IMG/VR virus record: IMGVR_UViG_3300037851_000840
Span: 1-42,550 of that record
Strand: one strand, 5' to 3'
From: a virus
Taxonomy: Duplodnaviria; Caudoviricetes
Length of the DNA: 42,550 nucleotides
In this document: positions 1 to 8,638 of the stretch, one piece after another
Layout of the letters: each line of letters begins with the position of its first letter
Numbering within the stretch: position 1 is the stretch's first letter
The notes under the pieces: generated by a model
Told to the model about the DNA's origin: nothing
The model's database searches: none
The model's input: the letters and a program-made list of their open reading frames with translations, nothing else
Program-made: the position numbers and the translations under genes

Positions 1-99
1 ATAATCGTCTTTCCAACTAAATCTTTGAACTTCATTTCTTCCTCCAGTCTGGCGTCAGTGTTTTGGCTTGTCCGAAACACTGCAAAAGATCAACCTAAC
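1..99. repeat. Direct repeat of 38766..38864 (5' part of duplicated cassette A)
   Basis: 99 bp identical to 38766..38864; identity stops right after CCTAAC, i.e. at the G of the minus-strand GTT core. Confidence 0.95.
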
Positions 100-145
100 A
101 ACAAATTAAGCGGCGTTGTCCGACCGCTTGAATGCCCGGTTGGAA
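93..145 (-). mobile_element. attC site 1 (53 bp)
   Basis: Minus strand TTCCAAC-CGGGCATTCAAGCGGTCGGACAACGCCGCTTAATTTGTT-GTTAGGT: R''/L''/L'/R' layout like short aadA-type attC. Confidence 0.88.
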
Positions 146-293
146 CTCTTTCGGAAATTTTCGGGTGTTTTGTGGTCAATGCCTAAAAAACGTAATTATT
201 ACAGATATTTGGTATTGACTTTTCCCCGAAAATATGATATGTTCTAAATTAGTTTTATCGTATTTCACTCTGTTCCGTATTTCACTCTTCCAA
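99..293 (-). mobile_element. ORF-less gene cassette (195 bp)
   Basis: Begins G|TTGGAA (294..288), complementary to its own attC R'' TTCCAAC (145..139); no ORF inside. Confidence 0.75.
215..243 (+). promoter_or_regulatory. Sigma70-type promoter, antisense to the array
   Basis: TTGACT-17 bp-TATGTT with extended -10 TG. Confidence 0.65.
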
Positions 294-368
294 CGATAGA
301 AATAAGCGGCTGAGGAAGGCGCAGAATGTACTTTTAATCAACTTTTTTTTATATTTGGTTTTTTTCAT
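282..368 (-). CDS. 28-aa basic leader ORF reading through the half attC
   Basis: GGAGG RBS then ATG at 368; MKKTKYKKKLIKSTFCAFLSRLFLSLEE. Confidence 0.35.
   Translation of the reverse strand: MKKTKYKKKLIKSTFCAFLSRLFLSLEE
288..330 (-). mobile_element. Right-half attC (L'-R' only) at the head of the array
   Basis: Minus strand GCGCCTTCCTCAGCCGCTTATTTCTATC-GTTGGAA; no complementary left arm upstream. Confidence 0.65.
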
Positions 369-417
369 AATATCCTCCATTTGCCATGTAGCGGACAGTC
401 CGTCCGCATTGTAAATT

Positions 418-867
418 TTATATGAACTCTTTAAAGGCTCTGTCGCCTTTTTCCATATCTTCCATTGCCTCGAAATCGGGGTCAAAATATTGATAGATTG
501 CAATTAAGACGCTTTGCACGGTTTCGAGTGCGGTTCTTCTGGGGTCTTGGGGTTTCATTCTTTCAAGATGACTATCAAACAATGGCAGAAGAAAACTGAG
601 ATAGACCGCAATATCTTCGCCGTCGGCTTGAAAGCATTTCTTTTTCATTCGGTCAAACTGGTCTGCAATTTGAACGAGTTGGCCGGGTTTGAGTTCGTGG
701 CGGGGGTACAATTGAATACCGTGAAAACTTTCTACATTCAAGGTTTTTAAGAGAGATTTCAGGGCTGGCCAGTCCGGATCATTTTTGGGGTAATTTTTGA
801 GATAGATCACGGCAAGGGCTTTGCTGAGAGCAAGGGTTTTTAGGGCTTCGAATTGGGCGCTGGTCAT
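418..867 (-). CDS. Hypothetical phage protein
   Basis: 149-aa ORF with ATGA overlap to the upstream gene in the leftward operon. Confidence 0.7.
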   Translation of the reverse strand: MTSAQFEALKTLALSKALAVIYLKNYPKNDPDWPALKSLLKTLNVESFHGIQLYPRHELKPGQLVQIADQFDRMKKKCFQADGEDIAVYLSFLLPLFDSHLERMKPQDPRRTALETVQSVLIAIYQYFDPDFEAMEDMEKGDRAFKEFI

Positions 868-1298
868 GCGTTTTCTTTCATGTAAAAAAAGCTGCGCAAT
901 TTGTCTGAGGGCATGGTTAGCAGTTGATCCGGTGTAACTGGCCTGCCCAATTCTTTGCAGGCGTTTGCAATTCGTGTTCGCACCTGCATTCCTGGAGCGG
1001 GTTTTTTGCTGATAAGGTGGGATATGTCTTGAGGATATACGTTCGCAAGTCTGGTCACCTCACGAATAAAACCCGGTTTTTTGCTTTTGGGGTTTATTGT
1101 TTTGGGCGTGTTGGCTTTTTTCTGGGCTTTCGCGTTGTTTCTCCATTTTTTGTTATTTTCTTTGCGAACGGCAGAGAAAGGGCATTGAATGGAGCGCTCT
1201 GTATCGCAATGCGCGGGGCTCAGCTTGCAATTCAGACAAATTTTTTTTTCATCATCTATTCTTTTGAGGATTGATCCTGAAGTGTAATTTTTGGGCAT
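864..1298 (-). CDS. Hypothetical basic protein, Cys cluster plus possible HTH
   Basis: CLNC..C..C N-terminus; helix pattern IREVTRLANVYPQDISHLIS; operon position. Confidence 0.6.
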   Translation of the reverse strand: MPKNYTSGSILKRIDDEKKICLNCKLSPAHCDTERSIQCPFSAVRKENNKKWRNNAKAQKKANTPKTINPKSKKPGFIREVTRLANVYPQDISHLISKKPAPGMQVRTRIANACKELGRPVTPDQLLTMPSDKLRSFFYMKENA

Positions 1299-1306
1299 AA
1301 AATTTT

Positions 1307-1729
1307 TTATTTTCCGGTTGAACCGTAACCTCCTGCGCCTCGGAGGGTTGGGGTAAGGGTTTCAACCTCTTTCCATATGATTTCTGGTTTTTGTACGATG
1401 ATGATTTGGCCGATTCTATCCCCTATTTCATATTTTTTGCGTGCGGTTTGCATTCGGTAAAATTTGAATAAAACTTCTCCCCGGTAGTTTGAATCTAAAA
1501 TTCCCATGCCATTGCTTAATAAAAGGCCGTAATCGGCCACAGAGGATCGGGCTGCCAGCAGGCCGACTGAGTCTTTTGGCAATTCAATGGCCAGGCCTGT
1601 GCCTATGATCAAAAGATCCATTTCGTGAATTTGTGCGGCAAACAGATCAAACGCTGCCGCTCCGTCTGTGGCTTGCAAGGGGGGTTTAGCGTTTGGGTGT
1701 AGCTTTTTGTATTTGATTCGGATGGTCAT
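1307..1729 (-). CDS. dut: Trimeric dUTPase
   Basis: Motifs AAAFDL, ARSS, GILDSNYRGE, GDRIGQ, RGAGGYGSTG. Confidence 0.95.
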   Translation of the reverse strand: MTIRIKYKKLHPNAKPPLQATDGAAAFDLFAAQIHEMDLLIIGTGLAIELPKDSVGLLAARSSVADYGLLLSNGMGILDSNYRGEVLFKFYRMQTARKKYEIGDRIGQIIIVQKPEIIWKEVETLTPTLRGAGGYGSTGK

Positions 1730-2185
1730 TTAGTATTCTCCTCTTTTGATTTTGATGGCCGTGCCTTTTGAAATTTTATATTCTCTGCAAATGTGGGTTA
1801 GGGATAGAGTGCTAAAATCTTCTCTGTTTCGTATGGTTTCACTTAATGCTGCATATTTTTTTCTAAGAGAATTTTTAGGTGCAAAAATATCTTGATTTTT
1901 GCTTTGTCTGACCCGGATCAACTCTGCGCATGATCCGCAATAACGGCTTTCTGAGGTGGTGCGATTGGTGCAGCCAGGAAAAATACAGATTGATGCTGAT
2001 TCTGTTTTGTAAAAGGTTCTTTGCCTGCGCTCGAAACAGATGTTTCCATCCATGATCGGCGGAAACATATCCTCCATTGCCAGGGCATAATCCCAGGGAA
2101 TATTGCGATTCATACATGACATGCATTCAAGGCATGAGTCTTTGTCATGGTCTATATTGCTGCAAGAAAAGCACGGACTTCTCAT
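1730..2185 (-). CDS. Cys-rich (Zn-finger) hypothetical protein with C-terminal HTH-like end
   Basis: SPCFSC, CMSC, CIFPGC..YCGSC; abuts dut. Confidence 0.65.
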   Translation of the reverse strand: MRSPCFSCSNIDHDKDSCLECMSCMNRNIPWDYALAMEDMFPPIMDGNICFERRQRTFYKTESASICIFPGCTNRTTSESRYCGSCAELIRVRQSKNQDIFAPKNSLRKKYAALSETIRNREDFSTLSLTHICREYKISKGTAIKIKRGEY

Positions 2186-2226
2186 TTTTTCTCCTCTCTT
2201 TTCCTCTCTTCAGATGTTGTGAAATA

Positions 2227-2252
2227 CGGGGGATAAAAAAATTTATCCCCCG
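2227..2252. terminator. Intergenic hairpin
   Basis: CGGGGGATAAA-AAAA-TTTATCCCCCG, 11-bp perfect inverted repeat. Confidence 0.4.
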
Positions 2253-2285
2253 GTCTGATTGACACGGGGCTGGAGAGTACCCCTG

Positions 2286-2654
2286 TTACTTTTCCCGTTC
2301 AGACGTCCGGGTGGAGAGATCCGTCTCAGGAGGTGAGGACGCACAAATTTGAAGGGCCTGAATTGCCGTAAATAAGGTGATGGGCTGGGCCGGTTTATTC
2401 TGAGATTTTGCCTGCAGAATAAACCGAGCGATGTATGGGGTTGATGTTCGGGGGATTTGATGCGGGGAACTGATGAGAATCGGTGCTGTGGGCGGAGAGG
2501 TTTCTGTTTCATAACTTACGAACAAGGTATAGGTTTCGATCAAAATGCCGTCAATTGAAAGCTGAAAAGACACCTGCGGAAGAACGTCTTCAGCTATGAC
2601 CGGCGAAGCCAGAAGAAGAATGAGAAAGGCAATGATTTTTTTCATGGGATTCAT
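2286..2654 (-). CDS. Putative exported protein
   Basis: Signal-peptide-like MKKIIAFLILLLASPVIA-E. Confidence 0.55.
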   Translation of the reverse strand: MNPMKKIIAFLILLLASPVIAEDVLPQVSFQLSIDGILIETYTLFVSYETETSPPTAPILISSPHQIPRTSTPYIARFILQAKSQNKPAQPITLFTAIQALQICASSPPETDLSTRTSEREK

Positions 2655-2656
2655 CC

Positions 2657-3301
2657 TTATAGGGTTGTGATGTTTTTCAGGTTGAATGGTGGATCTATTT
2701 TTTTCCGCGTTCCGGTAAGCGGATGAATCAATTCGCCGTCATTGAGGATGGCGGTCATGATGGCGCTTGTGATGCGCACGTCGTTCATGCAGTAGGTAAT
2801 GAGCTGCCCAAATTCTTTTTTTTGGTATAAAACCGGAGCGAGGGCGCCGTTTCCGTTTTTGAGATAGGTTTCATGAAAATTCATTCGAGAAGTGTTTTCG
2901 AGTGAAATTCCATTCTTACCATAATGGACATCTACCGCGTCTGCGAGTTCTCTTTTGATGTCATATGATTTTTGATTGAGCAGATCTATAATTCCATTGC
3001 GGACGATGGCTTTTCCGCCTGAAAATTCATAGGCCAATACTTCATTATCAAAGCCTATGTTGTTAAACCCGGCGATAAAAGCATGACATTCAACTTCTTT
3101 TAGAAAATCAAAGAGGTTGTCGTCCATCCAAATGAAGGGTTTATATTCTTTCAGGGAATATCCGCAAATACAAGAGACTCCCATATTGGCGGTGTCGTGC
3201 CATCCTTCGCAATATTCAATTCCTTCGATGCGCGGCTGGCCATCTACCGGGATGGCCTTTTTGATTTCGATATCATATATTAAGATGCTGTTGCTGGTCA
3301 T
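2657..3301 (-). CDS. DEDD/RNase H-fold 3'-5' exonuclease
   Basis: ExoI IYDIE, ExoII GFNNIGFD, ExoIII YCMNDV; likely start MTSNS at 3301 rather than 3544. Confidence 0.82.
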   Translation of the reverse strand: MTSNSILIYDIEIKKAIPVDGQPRIEGIEYCEGWHDTANMGVSCICGYSLKEYKPFIWMDDNLFDFLKEVECHAFIAGFNNIGFDNEVLAYEFSGGKAIVRNGIIDLLNQKSYDIKRELADAVDVHYGKNGISLENTSRMNFHETYLKNGNGALAPVLYQKKEFGQLITYCMNDVRITSAIMTAILNDGELIHPLTGTRKKIDPPFNLKNITTL

Positions 3302-3611
3302 GGGGTCTCTCCTTTTTTTGGGTGGCAATGGTATAAAACCCTTCGCAATCGGACGATTCCAGGGTTGCGTTGGGGATGAAATCAAGGGCTGTGTCTTGAT
3401 GCTTGCCATAGATTGAAAACAGGCGGTAGAGAACGCCGCCGGGCACTTGAAGGGCTTCGCCGATTTCCATCCAGTCTCCGCTTTCGGTTGTGATTCGGAA
3501 GAGCGGTTCGATGCGGAATTGAATTTTCGCATCTTTTGATTCATGGCGTTTTTGCCGGTTGAATTCGCTCACCGTCAGGGTTTCAATCTTGCAATGATTG
3601 AGATTGATCAT
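3273..3611 (-). CDS. Hypothetical phage protein
   Basis: 112 aa; ATGA overlap with the cro-like gene. Confidence 0.6.
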   Translation of the reverse strand: MINLNHCKIETLTVSEFNRQKRHESKDAKIQFRIEPLFRITTESGDWMEIGEALQVPGGVLYRLFSIYGKHQDTALDFIPNATLESSDCEGFYTIATQKKERPHDQQQHLNI

Positions 3612-3769
3612 TTTTTCCCCATTTCAGATCGAAAAAAATTTTCGATCTTTTTAGATTTGGTTTTTCCGGAGAGAAAATTGGAAATTGCCGCGTCTGAAAC
3701 TTTCAGTTTTTGGGCAATTTCTCTTTGACGAATGTTGTGGCGCATAAGCCACAGTCTGATTTTTTTCAT
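3608..3769 (-). CDS. Cro-like XRE HTH protein (53 aa, not in the ORF track)
   Basis: MKKIRLWLMRHNIRQREIAQKLKVSDAAISNFLSGKTKSKKIENFFRSEMGKK; AAGGTG RBS; divergent from the repressor-like HTH. Confidence 0.85.
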   Translation of the reverse strand: MKKIRLWLMRHNIRQREIAQKLKVSDAAISNFLSGKTKSKKIENFFRSEMGKK

Positions 3770-3788
3770 AAACACCTTCAAAAAAAGG

Positions 3789-3873
3789 TTGAAAACCTGA
3801 GAACATATAGATATGCTCAGGTTAAAAGTTTAACTGGGCAGATTTAATAACACCCATTTGAGAAGGTTGTCAA
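3789..3873. promoter_or_regulatory. Genetic switch: face-to-face promoters and operator-like inverted repeat
   Basis: Plus TTGAAA-17-TATGCT (3789..3817); minus TTGACA-18-TATTAA (3873..3844); inverted repeat AACCTGAG..CTCAGGTT (3794..3823). Confidence 0.6.
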
Positions 3874-3880
3874 GCAAAAA

Positions 3881-4616
3881 ATGCACTCAAAAGAGAGAAT
3901 AAAGCAAATTCGTAAAGTTTTGGGTTTAAGTCAGAAAGATTTTGCAACAAAAACGGGAATTAGTTATCGTTCAATCCAAAATAATGAAGATATTCCTAAA
4001 GTACCGCCTTTTCCCAAACTGTCTTACCAGCTACCCGAAATTCAATATATTTCAATTGAGCAACAGACGGCGCTATTGAGCGCTATTCCTGCTGGGGATC
4101 GTCCTGTCTTTGAATTTCTATTTGAATATGGATTGAGAGTGTCGGAGGTCTGCGGTCTGCAAAAAGATTGCCTCTCAGAAAATGAGGTGAAAATTTCCAG
4201 GGCATTTACGCGGGGAGAATTGAGGGAAGAAACTAAGGGGAAAAAAGATAGGCATTATCCCCTATCAGATTATGCCAGGGAAGTTTTGGGCAGGGCGCGG
4301 CTGAATTTTTCACCTTATATATTTGTGCGCTCTAATGGCAAAAACTATGACACGAAGTCTCTGAATAAGATATGGCACAAGGCAGAGGCAGAGACGGGGA
4401 TCAAGATCAAATTGCAGAATGCGGCGCGTCATTCACTAGGGTGTCAGTTGGCGGATATAGGAGTGGATTTTTGACCTGATCAGGGAGACGCTATGGCACT
4501 CAAACCAAATCATGACCAGGCGTTATGTGAAACGCAATTTGATCAAAATAAACGAGGCATTAGAGCTTAGAAGGGGTGTGCTAATCCCCTTCAAAAAAGA
4601 GAAAGTTGGGAAGTAG
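3881..4616 (+). pseudogene. XRE repressor N-terminus fused to a frameshifted tyrosine integrase catalytic domain
   Basis: HTH RIKQIRKVLGLSQKDFATKTGISYRSIQ, then YGLRVSEV and ARHS; stop at 4472 in a T5 run; the shifted frame continues DLIRETLWHSNQIMTRRY to TAG 4616. Confidence 0.85.
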
Positions 4617-4676
4617 TGGGAACTTTTTTTTTATTGATGAAATATTTAATGATTTCAATTATAATTTTTTAGGGTA

Positions 4677-4704
4677 GTGGGTTCGACTCCCGCCGCCTCC
4701 ATCA
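4677..4704 (+). mobile_element. attP core matching a tmRNA (ssrA) 3' end
   Basis: GTGGGTTCGACTCCCGCCGCCTCCATCA: T-arm plus acceptor strand CGCCTCC-A typical of tmRNA; directly downstream of the integrase in AT-rich DNA. Confidence 0.75.
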
Positions 4705-5004
4705 AGATATTCTTGATTTTCTTGATAAAAACATCGACAAAAATAGTTTGAAAATGGTTGGTAAAATAAATTAAATAATTTTACAAATTGAATAGACTCC
4801 CCTTATTATAGAAATAGATAATTTCCTCCCCCCCTATTCCCCCCTCATTAAAAATAAAACCAGAAAGTCACATGATCCAAATCAAGGTACTTTCTGAGAC
4901 CTTGAACAAGGGTCACCCGCCCCCGCCGCTTTGAGTGCGTTCATTTTTGAAAATGGAATGGAAAATGGAAAAAACCATTCCAAGAACAAAAAAGGAGCGC
5001 CTCA

Positions 5005-6579
5005 ATGGAGTATGAGCGTTTATTCAATTATGTTTCAATGGGAGCCCTGGGGGATGGGCTTTTATATCGAGATATTCATCAGCAGGATTTTATTTTTGAT
5101 GAAACCGGCGGGAAAAATGGCTTTTGGAATTTTTGGAATGGCCACTTTTGGCAAGAAGATTTTCGCCATCACAATCAAATAGCAGTTGAAAACGTCTCCC
5201 GGCAATATCTGGAGTTGAAAACCTGGCTCCAGAAAGACGACGCTGGCCGAAAATTCCTCTCTGAGAAATTCCAAGATCCGGACGATCAAAAAGAATTCCT
5301 CAAAACCATCACAAAAAAAATAAAATCTCTCAGAAATTCAGATGGCCGCAGGGCATGTCTGGAATTCGCTCACACCTGTGAAAATGGTTTATCAATCCTA
5401 TCTGAGCAATTTGATTGCCAGACTCACCTTCTCCCTGTTCAAAATGGCGTTTTAGATCTGAGACTTGGGGAAATCTCCCCTGGCCGTCAGTCTGATTTTT
5501 TAAAGAAAGCGGCGACGGTTGAGTGGCAAGGCTGCAATGCGCCCTGCCCTAACTGGAAACGCTTTCTTTTGGAAATCATGGATGGCCGGGAGGAAATGGT
5601 CACCTTCCTGCAACGGATTTTCGGCATGGCGCTTGCAGATCTCAACCGGCAGGCGGCGTTTTTCATTTTGATTGGCCGAGGCCGAAACGGAAAAACCCTT
5701 ATGTTTGAAACCATTTCAAACATTTTGGGGAATCTGGCCGGGCCAATCCGCATCGAAATGTTGCTCGATTCTGGAATGACCGCCAACCCAGACGCCCCAA
5801 CCCCTTCCCTGGTAACCCTCAAGGGCCTTCGCATGGCGTTCGCTCAAGAACCCAGCGAACGCGCCACCTTTTCAACCGCAAAAGTAAAGTGGTTGACAGG
5901 CCGGGACACCCTCCGGGCCAGGCTGCCCTATGCTGGGCTTGAAATGACTTTTAACCCTTCGCACACCCTCTTTATTTCTGCAAATAATTTGCCACATTTC
6001 GATGGCACTGACTTCGCTTTCAAAGAGCGCTGCCACGTCATCCCGTTTGAATTCTCTTATGTCGCCCGCGAACCCAGACAAGCGTTTGAGAGAAGGGCCG
6101 ACCCTGACCTTCCCAATAAACTCAAAGAAGAATACCCCGGAATCCTTGCCTGGCTTGTTCAGGGAGCGATTGACTTTATAGGAGAATGGAAAGGTCAAAT
6201 TGTTTCCCCTGCGCCGGTTTTAGAAGCAACATCAAAGTATTATGAAGCTGAGGATTGGCTTCAAGGTTTTCTCGATGCCTGTTGTATCATTGATCATGAT
6301 CCAGAAACCAAAACCGGCGCAACGGTTCTACATCATGCCTTTTGCGGCTGGTGGATAAAACACGTTTCCGCAAAACCGAGAACGCAAAGAGTGTTCGGCG
6401 CGGCGCTTTCCAAAATTTTTAAGCGTGGCAAAAGCGGAGACAAGCACTATGAAGGGTTGACCTTGAACAATGTTGGATATGATTTTTATAATAAATATCA
6501 AGTAATCATTGAGACCAGAGGCAATAAAGAAACAAAATCCAATCCGGACTATCCGGACGATTCTGGACGATTGCTTTAA
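5005..6579 (+). CDS. P4/D5-family SF3 helicase (D5_N plus ATPase; no N-terminal primase)
   Basis: FWNGHFW, VQNGVLDLRLG, Walker A GRGRNGKT, VKWLTGRDTLRAR, SANNLP. Confidence 0.92.
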   Translation: MEYERLFNYVSMGALGDGLLYRDIHQQDFIFDETGGKNGFWNFWNGHFWQEDFRHHNQIAVENVSRQYLELKTWLQKDDAGRKFLSEKFQDPDDQKEFLKTITKKIKSLRNSDGRRACLEFAHTCENGLSILSEQFDCQTHLLPVQNGVLDLRLGEISPGRQSDFLKKAATVEWQGCNAPCPNWKRFLLEIMDGREEMVTFLQRIFGMALADLNRQAAFFILIGRGRNGKTLMFETISNILGNLAGPIRIEMLLDSGMTANPDAPTPSLVTLKGLRMAFAQEPSERATFSTAKVKWLTGRDTLRARLPYAGLEMTFNPSHTLFISANNLPHFDGTDFAFKERCHVIPFEFSYVAREPRQAFERRADPDLPNKLKEEYPGILAWLVQGAIDFIGEWKGQIVSPAPVLEATSKYYEAEDWLQGFLDACCIIDHDPETKTGATVLHHAFCGWWIKHVSAKPRTQRVFGAALSKIFKRGKSGDKHYEGLTLNNVGYDFYNKYQVIIETRGNKETKSNPDYPDDSGRLL

Positions 6580-6814
6580 AGATCGTCCAAAACCATAACC
6601 TTCTTTAAAATCAACAAAAGTCGTCTGCCTTTGGGACGATAGACCGTGAACCAGGGGAAATCCCCTGGGGAAATTTTATAAAATTTTTTCCTTATCATTT
6701 TTCTATATATATCATCCATCATCCAGAGAGAGAGAGATTTTTCTGGTAGTTTTAAAAGGTTGCGGGTTTGGACGATCAAACAAAGGATCGTCCAGGATCG
6801 TCCAGATCATCCAG
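6542..6814. repeat. Iteron cluster, probable replication origin
   Basis: Repeated GGACGAT/ATCGTCC(A) in both orientations flanking an AT-rich core at about 6670..6720. Confidence 0.7.
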
Positions 6815-8224
6815 ATGAAGGAGGCAAAAAGTATGACTGAAAACATCATGGATCTATATAATCGAAAAGGATTTCATGCGATTAAGAACGCATCGCATGC
6901 ACACACGAAGGGCCGTTCAATGGGTGCTGAATATCACGGCGGCTGCCCGAAGTGCGGGGGTGAAAAGCGTTTTATCTTATGGCCGGAAGTTTCCGACGGG
7001 GGGGAGTTCTGGTGCAGGGATTGCGGCATAGGCGGAGATCTTTTGGCTTGGCTGACCAAGGTTGAAGGGAAACCCTATCGAGAGGCTTGCGCTTCGCTTG
7101 GACGTGATCCTGTGCGGAAATATTCCCCGTCTGCCCATGCGAAAACTTACCTTCCTTCTCAGCATCTCAGAAAATGGGAACCTCGCAATCCCCCCCCCGC
7201 GTGCGATCTTTGGGTAGAAAAGGCCGCAGGCTTTGTGGGATGGGCATCCCGGCAATTACAAAAACACCCTGAAATCATGGACTACCTGCAAAAAAGAGGC
7301 ATTTCAAAGCACACAGCAGAACGGTTCAATCTGGGGTATAATCCAGACGTGATTTATCGTCCCCGGACAGCGTGGGGACAGGAGGAGGTTCTCGATGACC
7401 AAACCGGAAAACTCAAACCCATTTGGATTCCGGAGGGGGTGGTGATTCCGGTGTATTCCAATAACCGTCTCTGCCGGGTGAGAATCCGCAGATTCAAGCT
7501 GCGCCCTGATGACAAAAATAAATACATCAACCTGACGGGATCGGTTTCAGTTTCGTTCAATTGCAATCCCGCAGTCCAGTTCGCAATCATTACAGAAAGC
7601 GAACTTGATACCCTGGCCATTCATGAGGCGGCAGGTGATTTTGTTTCTGCCGTGTCAACCGGGTCCGCGTCCACACGTCCAGATGCCTCGCTTCATGCTT
7701 TTTTTCAATCGTGTCTGAAAATTTTGGTTGCCCTGGATCGAGACGACGCGGGGGAAAAAAATATTCCTTGGTATTTGGAGCGCTACCGTCAAGCGGTGAA
7801 ACACCTGCCGGTTGAAGGCAATAAAGATCCTGGGGATATGGTGGCCAAGGGGATCAATCTTCGCGAATGGGTGCTTTCTGGGCTTCCGCAGGCTGTGCGG
7901 TTTAAAATGGAAAAGGCCGTTATTTCAATGGAAACTCCGCCGCAGGAAAAACGGGTTGAACCGGCGGAACCGGCTGTTCCGCCAAAAGAAGAGGAAAAAA
8001 AGGATGGGGTTCAAGAATTGTATCTTGTGATGAAAGAACACAAATTACTTAAAATTATCAATACATATGATCGTTTGGCATTTGAAAATCCGGCATATGA
8101 ATTGCCTTGGAATGTCATTTCTCAGGTTTCAGATTTGATTTTTCACAATAAAGAGGTGCTGTATTATATCCGCCACCATCCGGACGATTTCATTACTTAT
8201 TCAAATTTAATTATAAAAAATTGA
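6815..8224 (+). CDS. DnaG-type primase (Zn finger plus TOPRIM)
   Basis: CPKCGG..FWCRDCGIGGD, YLQKRGI, ITESELD, ALDRDDAG, KDPGD. Confidence 0.9.
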   Translation: MKEAKSMTENIMDLYNRKGFHAIKNASHAHTKGRSMGAEYHGGCPKCGGEKRFILWPEVSDGGEFWCRDCGIGGDLLAWLTKVEGKPYREACASLGRDPVRKYSPSAHAKTYLPSQHLRKWEPRNPPPACDLWVEKAAGFVGWASRQLQKHPEIMDYLQKRGISKHTAERFNLGYNPDVIYRPRTAWGQEEVLDDQTGKLKPIWIPEGVVIPVYSNNRLCRVRIRRFKLRPDDKNKYINLTGSVSVSFNCNPAVQFAIITESELDTLAIHEAAGDFVSAVSTGSASTRPDASLHAFFQSCLKILVALDRDDAGEKNIPWYLERYRQAVKHLPVEGNKDPGDMVAKGINLREWVLSGLPQAVRFKMEKAVISMETPPQEKRVEPAEPAVPPKEEEKKDGVQELYLVMKEHKLLKIINTYDRLAFENPAYELPWNVISQVSDLIFHNKEVLYYIRHHPDDFITYSNLIIKN

Positions 8225-8278
8225 TATATTTGTCTTTTATAATTTGCCAAATTCAGTGAATTATGGTAATATTGAGAC

Positions 8279-8638
8279 ATGATGCTGACACCTATTATAG
8301 AATTATCTGAAGAAGTCATCGGAAAAATTTGTTATGGGATTGACCTGGGCGCAGATTTTGAGGTGGCATGTATGTCGGCAGGGGTCATGCCTGAGACAGC
8401 AGCCAGTTGGATTCGCACCGGGATGGAAAAAAAGGAAGGACTTGAATATGCTTTGTATTTTTTGGTCATGCAAACCAGGGCGAGCTTCGAGGTTTCTCAA
8501 CTTGAGTTCCTCAAAAAAAACGGCGGTGTTACCGAAGCAAAGTATATGCTTGAAAAAACAAACCCAGGGAAATGGTCAGAATCCCATCAAAAAGCAACAG
8601 GGAAAAAGAAACCGAAAAAGATTGAGTTTCAAGGATGA
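8279..8638 (+). CDS. Hypothetical HTH-like protein of the packaging region
   Basis: ACMSAGVMPETAASW helix pair; YMLEKTNPGKW ending. Confidence 0.6.
   Translation: MMLTPIIELSEEVIGKICYGIDLGADFEVACMSAGVMPETAASWIRTGMEKKEGLEYALYFLVMQTRASFEVSQLEFLKKNGGVTEAKYMLEKTNPGKWSESHQKATGKKKPKKIEFQG

Noticed and set aside
1-99. Phage direct terminal repeat
   Set aside because: The two ends do not match each other; each matches a different part of an internal cassette.
3881-4616. Integron integrase IntI
   Set aside because: Too short to contain the IntI-specific insertion, frameshifted, and followed by a tmRNA-type att core typical of phage integrases.
4677-4704. Complete tRNA or tmRNA gene
   Set aside because: Only the T-arm and 3' acceptor strand are present; upstream DNA is AT-rich with no 5' half.
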